In this document: positions 52,965 to 56,739 of the stretch, one piece after another | Numbering within the stretch: position 1 is the stretch's first letter | How the letters are laid out: every line of letters begins with the position of its first letter | Assembly: GCA_965648935.1 (NCBI GenBank) | Contig: CBFGIY010000005.1 | Span: 1-56,739, forward strand | Origin: a candidate division WOR-3 bacterium | GTDB lineage: Bacteria > Hydrothermota > Tepidihabitantia > Tepidihabitantales > Tepidihabitantaceae | Reading direction: 5' to 3' | Length of the DNA: 56,739 nucleotides | Program-made: the position numbers and the translations under genes | Notes under the pieces: model-generated | Told to the model about the DNA's origin: nothing | What the model saw: only the letters and a program-made list of their open reading frames with translations | Database searches by the model: none

Positions 52965-53507
52965 TCACTCACCAATCACAGCGCCGGGTTCGGCCGCGCC
53001 CGCGGCGGCTTCGGCCTTCGGCTTGGCCACGGTCACCTTCGCCGGCCGCAGGACCCGCTCGCCGCAGGCATACCCCGGGCAATGCTCGGACACAACCGTG
53101 TTCGGCTCGTGGTCTGCGGTGTGAACAAAACCTATCGCCTCGGCCCGGCGCGGGTCAAACTCCTGCCCGAGACAGGAGTACTCGCTCAGGCCGTGCCGGC
53201 ACAGCGCATCGCCCAGCTGGCGCCGTATCAGCTCCATACCCTTACGCACCGACTCGACAGTCGCGCCCTCCTGCGCCGCAGCCACTGCCCGCTGGAAGTT
53301 GTCCATCACCGGCAACAGGTCCAGCATCAGCGCCTCCAGGGCCAGCCTGCGGCTGACATCAAGGTCGCGCTCCACGCGCCGGCGGTAGTTCTCAAAGTCA
53401 GCCAGAGCCCGCACATAGTCGTCGCGCAGCTTATCGCACTCCGCAGCCATTGCCGCGGCCTGCTCGGAAAGCTGCGTCACCGGGCCTGTCTTGTCTGGCT
53501 TACTCAT
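52965..53507 (-). CDS. grpE: Nucleotide exchange factor GrpE
   Basis: Motifs RALADFENYRRR, LLPVMDNF, FDP and RVLRPAKVTV. Confidence 0.95.
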   Translation of the reverse strand: MSKPDKTGPVTQLSEQAAAMAAECDKLRDDYVRALADFENYRRRVERDLDVSRRLALEALMLDLLPVMDNFQRAVAAAQEGATVESVRKGMELIRRQLGDALCRHGLSEYSCLGQEFDPRRAEAIGFVHTADHEPNTVVSEHCPGYACGERVLRPAKVTVAKPKAEAAAGAAEPGAVIGE

Positions 53508-53617
53508 TGGAGTTCTATAGGTTAGACAGCCGCGCGCGGGTTCGGGATTCGCCCCGCCAGCCTGACCGGCGACAGCCGGTCACAGGCCTAAAAGATTGCC
53601 TGCAAGCGAGTTATGTT

Positions 53618-54790
53618 TCAGAGAAGACGAGCGGCCAGCTCTCTGTAGAAATCGACAGTCGCTTCTGCCACTGCGGTCCAGCCAAAACCCTCCAGCGCGA
53701 CCCTGCGCCCGGCCGCGCCCATCCGCGCGCGTTCATCCGGACTGCGGCACAGCTCAACGATGCGCCGCGCCAGCCCGGCCCGGTCCGCACAGAGGAAACC
53801 GGTCTCGCCGTCGCGCACCAGCCGCCTCACACCCCAGCGTTCCAGCGCGACCACCGGCAGGCCGCAGGCCATCGCCTCGAGCACGGCGATGCCGAATGAC
53901 TCTCCCCTGCTGGCGAAAGCAAAAATGTCCAATCCGCACAGGAAATCTGCCACGGCCGACTCGGCCAGCGGCTCGGCCAGGGTGATGCCGCTGTCCGGCG
54001 CGGCGGCACGCCGGGCGAGTCCTTCGCGCAGCGGACCGGGCCCAACAAGGACCAGCCTCACATCCGGGCACTCGCGCCTGACCAGTTTCAGAGCCTCGAC
54101 CAGCTCGAGCACGCCCTTGTTGCGGTGCAGCCTGCCGGCATAGCCCAGCGCGACAGCATTGCCGTACCCGCGCGCCTGCCGCTCGGCCGCGCGCGCGGCT
54201 GCCGCAGGCGCGAACCGTTCCGTGTCCACGCCGTTGCCGATTACGCGCTTCGGCCCGCCGAACCAGCCGGTTTCCTCGGCGCAGTCCTCGCTCACGCTGA
54301 TGACGCCGTCGGCCAGCGGCAGCAGCAGCCGCGTCAGCCCCATCACCAGGGGCCAGGCAGCGCGCGGTTTGTTGCGCAGCATCGAATGCCGGGTCAGCGC
54401 GGTCGGGATGCCGCGCCGCCGCGCCAGCCACAGCGCGCCGTAAACCAGCAGCGACGCTTCGCCCTGACCGTGCACGACGTCAAACCGCTCGGCGTCCAGC
54501 AACTGGCCGAACCCCCGAAGCATCGTCGGGTCCACCGCGATGTCGTGGTCCCGGAAAACCATCACCCCGCCATCCAGTCGCACCACGCGCACGGCTTCAC
54601 CCGACCCGGCGGACCGGCGCCCGGGTTCCGGCCTCTGGAGTTCGGAATTGACTTCCTTGTGCGTCACCACCGTCACCCCGTGCCCCAGCCGCGCCAGCTC
54701 ACGGGCCAGGTTGTGGGTATGATTCTCGACTCCGCCGATGCCGGGAAGGTAGGCATCGGTCACCAGCGCGACGCGCAGCGGCTTGGCCAC
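53618..54790 (-). CDS. GT4 glycosyltransferase (PIG-A/PimA-like)
   Basis: TDAYLPGIGGVENH, NGVD and ESFGIAVLEAMACG (EX7E motif). Confidence 0.9.
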   Translation of the reverse strand: MAKPLRVALVTDAYLPGIGGVENHTHNLARELARLGHGVTVVTHKEVNSELQRPEPGRRSAGSGEAVRVVRLDGGVMVFRDHDIAVDPTMLRGFGQLLDAERFDVVHGQGEASLLVYGALWLARRRGIPTALTRHSMLRNKPRAAWPLVMGLTRLLLPLADGVISVSEDCAEETGWFGGPKRVIGNGVDTERFAPAAAARAAERQARGYGNAVALGYAGRLHRNKGVLELVEALKLVRRECPDVRLVLVGPGPLREGLARRAAAPDSGITLAEPLAESAVADFLCGLDIFAFASRGESFGIAVLEAMACGLPVVALERWGVRRLVRDGETGFLCADRAGLARRIVELCRSPDERARMGAAGRRVALEGFGWTAVAEATVDFYRELAARLL

Positions 54791-54795
54791 AGGCT

Positions 54796-54823
54796 ATCCT
54801 AATGCGGCGGCGCCGCCGGTCAA
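54796..54823 (-). promoter_or_regulatory. Sigma70-type promoter for the GT4 gene, likely leaderless
   Basis: TTGACC-N16-TAGGAT, ending 5 nt before the GTG start. Confidence 0.62.
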
Positions 54824-54864
54824 CCCGGCAGCGCCGCTCCTCTTGATCCTGTCTTGCGCCGCGG

Positions 54865-55452
54865 CTACTTGCCGCCCTCGCCGACCCGGCGGCGCAGCTC
54901 GCGCAGCTCCTCGCGCAACTCCTCGAGCTCGGCGCGCAGCGAATCCAGCGCCTCGTCGGCGCCGGCCAGCGAACCCCGCACGCCCGGCCCGATGTCCTTC
55001 AGCGCGGCCCGCGCGCTGCGCATCGCCTCAAGCGGCACTCCCGGCCAGTTGAAGCCGAGGTCAACCCCGGGCTCGGGCCGTTCCCTTGAGCCGAGCTTCA
55101 CCGTGACCCGCCGCTCTCTGCCCCGGCGCCGGAGCGCCACGGTGACGCTCTTGTCCGGCCGCGCGCGCACGATCGAACGCAGGTCGCCCGTGCGCTCGAG
55201 CTTCTCTCCGTCCACCGACAACAGCACGTCGCCGACCTCGATGCCGGCCGCGCTCGCCGGCGACTCCTCGGCCACATCGGTCACAAGAACGCCGTGGCCG
55301 ATGTCCAGCGCCGCAAGCATCGGCTTGGACAGGTTCTCGGTGTAGACCCCGAGCCAGCCTGACCGCTCAGGCTTCGTGGAAACATCCGGCTCTGCCGGCG
55401 CGACCCCGGCCGCGCCGATGCAGGCCAGCACAACCATCATGACACGCGACAT
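54865..55452 (-). CDS. Exported single-PDZ-domain protein with a C-terminal coiled coil
   Basis: Signal peptide; GWLGV...GVLVTDVAEESPASAAGIEVGDVLLSVDG; SD AGGAGGTG. Confidence 0.85.
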   Translation of the reverse strand: MSRVMMVVLACIGAAGVAPAEPDVSTKPERSGWLGVYTENLSKPMLAALDIGHGVLVTDVAEESPASAAGIEVGDVLLSVDGEKLERTGDLRSIVRARPDKSVTVALRRRGRERRVTVKLGSRERPEPGVDLGFNWPGVPLEAMRSARAALKDIGPGVRGSLAGADEALDSLRAELEELREELRELRRRVGEGGK

Positions 55453-55533
55453 CTATTCATCACCTCCTGCCGCCCCGATAGAAGCAAGCTTTCTCTAACC
55501 TGCAACTCCGCCCGCGGTCCGCATCCGGCAGTC

Positions 55534-56493
55534 TCACTTGCGGTCCACCTCGATGTCGCCGCAGACCGTGCGCACCTCGATCAACGGCCCGCCCCGGCCC
55601 TGGCGTCCGCTGACCAGCCGCGCCTGCCCGTCGTCGCTGACCACGATGGGCCGCGGCGCCCTCGCACTGCCCTGCTCGGCCTGACCGACCAGCTCGAAGG
55701 GCAGACCCCGGCCCAGGACCAGCCGCACGTCGCCGCAATGCGACACCAGGTCCAGGCCTGAAACCCCGGCCTGCTCGACCAGCGCGACCACGTCGCCCCA
55801 GCGATTCGCCACGCTCACCGCGCCGCTGCCCGGCACCACCACGACATCGCCCCACAGGTTGGCCACGTGCGCGTGCCGCCGGCTGTCGCGCACCTCGACC
55901 GAGCCGAAGCTGTGGTCGACGCGCGCGCTGTCGCCGGGCTCGACCAGCACCACGTCGCCGTAACTGCTGTTGACGACCAGCCGGCCCCGGGTCTGTTCCA
56001 GCCGCACCCGACCGTAGCGGCTCGTGATGGCGCAATCGCCCACCCGCGCCGCCTCCACGTCGCCGTGCCGGTTCTCCAGCCGCGACGCCCCGGCCACGTC
56101 GGCCAGCCGCACGTCGCCGAACGAATTGCGCACCGCCACGCCCGAACCGGCAGGAACGGCCAGGTCAAGGTCGGCCCAGAAAGCGAAAGCGGTGTCCCCG
56201 CGCGGCGCGGCCGGATAATGGGTCGTCACGATCAGCGTCTCGCCGCGCTCACTCGCCGCCAGCCGCACCGCATCGGCGAACGCGCCGGCCGCGGTCTCGC
56301 TTGAACCCTGAACCTCGACCCGCGCGGCCAGCCGGATGTCCGGCCGGTCCGAACCGCTCACGCTCACATCACCGTACCGATGCACCACCATCACGACCGG
56401 GCGCGGCTTCAGCGCGCGCTCGAGTGTCCGCACCGCGGCCGCCGCCTCAAGCGGCAGGGCCGCGACCAGCAGCAGGACCGCCAGCGCGCGCAT
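55534..56493 (-). CDS. DUF4097/adhesin-like beta-strand repeat exported protein
   Basis: Signal peptide; repeated N(S/R)(F/Y/H/W)GDV units. Start ATG 56493. Confidence 0.8.
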   Translation of the reverse strand: MRALAVLLLVAALPLEAAAAVRTLERALKPRPVVMVVHRYGDVSVSGSDRPDIRLAARVEVQGSSETAAGAFADAVRLAASERGETLIVTTHYPAAPRGDTAFAFWADLDLAVPAGSGVAVRNSFGDVRLADVAGASRLENRHGDVEAARVGDCAITSRYGRVRLEQTRGRLVVNSSYGDVVLVEPGDSARVDHSFGSVEVRDSRRHAHVANLWGDVVVVPGSGAVSVANRWGDVVALVEQAGVSGLDLVSHCGDVRLVLGRGLPFELVGQAEQGSARAPRPIVVSDDGQARLVSGRQGRGGPLIEVRTVCGDIEVDRK

Positions 56494-56739
56494 CAGTCGC
56501 CTCCCGAAACCAGCCGGTCGTATGACGCGACCCGGCTCGCCTGCGCCGACAGCAGGGCCGAGCGGACCCGCGCATTGCGCGGGTTCTCGGCCAGCGCCGC
56601 GGCGCACTCGTCAATCGCCTGGTCAATCCCGTCGAGATACTGCCCGAAGTCGGCCACGCTCGCCGCGGCCAGCTCGACCGGGATCTCGCGCGCCGCGGCC
56701 CGGCCCGGCCCGGCACCGTCGGGCCGCCCGGCCAGAAGC
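56493..56739 (-). CDS. C-terminal part of a putative anti-sigma-factor-like membrane protein (truncated by the window end)
   Basis: Reads ...YLDGIDQAIDECAAALAENPRNARVRSALLSAQASRVASYDRLVSGGD*. The stop overlaps the DUF4097 start, and the context is typical of ECF/anti-sigma/DUF4097 clusters. Confidence 0.55.
   Translation of the reverse strand, partial: LLAGRPDGAGPGRAAAREIPVELAAASVADFGQYLDGIDQAIDECAAALAENPRNARVRSALLSAQASRVASYDRLVSGGD

Noticed and set aside
53508-53617. CIRCE operator upstream of grpE
   Set aside because: Only a GC hairpin (TGACCGGC/GCCGGTCA) is present, with no CIRCE consensus.

Overview
This is a GC-rich housekeeping region from a diderm, probably anaerobic, uncultured bacterium. 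Its overall style resembles candidate division WOR-3 or FCB-adjacent lineages, which is an inference only. About 50 CDSs lie mostly on the minus strand. In transcription order the blocks are: purE-purC-queA-murF-oadA/pycB; a HEAT-repeat lipoprotein and an MFS transporter; a ktrB(trkH)-ktrA(trkA)-HAMP/PAS cluster; adk-map-infA-rpmJ-pyrG-acyltransferase-lptC-lptA-lptB-rpoN-selB-selD-mscS; lemA-htpX; dnaE; a rearranged pal-pal-cpoB-tolQRA cluster; an XRE regulator plus a pseudo-M1-peptidase/beta-barrel fusion; rho-rpmE-prfB-ferredoxin-PDO; grpE-dnaK-dnaJ-rsmE-rpsU-mutS2-dnaG-rpoD-yfcE-rsmI-pgsA-hflX; a GT4; and a partial anti-sigma/DUF4097/PDZ cluster. Two recoding events are visible: Sec-UGA in selD with a SECIS, and the +1 frameshift in prfB. 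I found no CRISPR array, IS element, tRNA or rRNA. The best leads are (1) a K+ transport module with a voltage-sensor-like KtrB and a HAMP-PAS sensor lacking an output domain, (2) a possible inositol-glycolipid pathway linked to an Lpt operon without Kdo genes, (3) 16-nt-spacer and leaderless sigma70 promoters together with an AT-hook RpoD, (4) a structured RNA upstream of rho, and (5) a catalytically dead M1 peptidase fused to an outer-membrane barrel. All family assignments come from motif recognition by eye, with no database searches.
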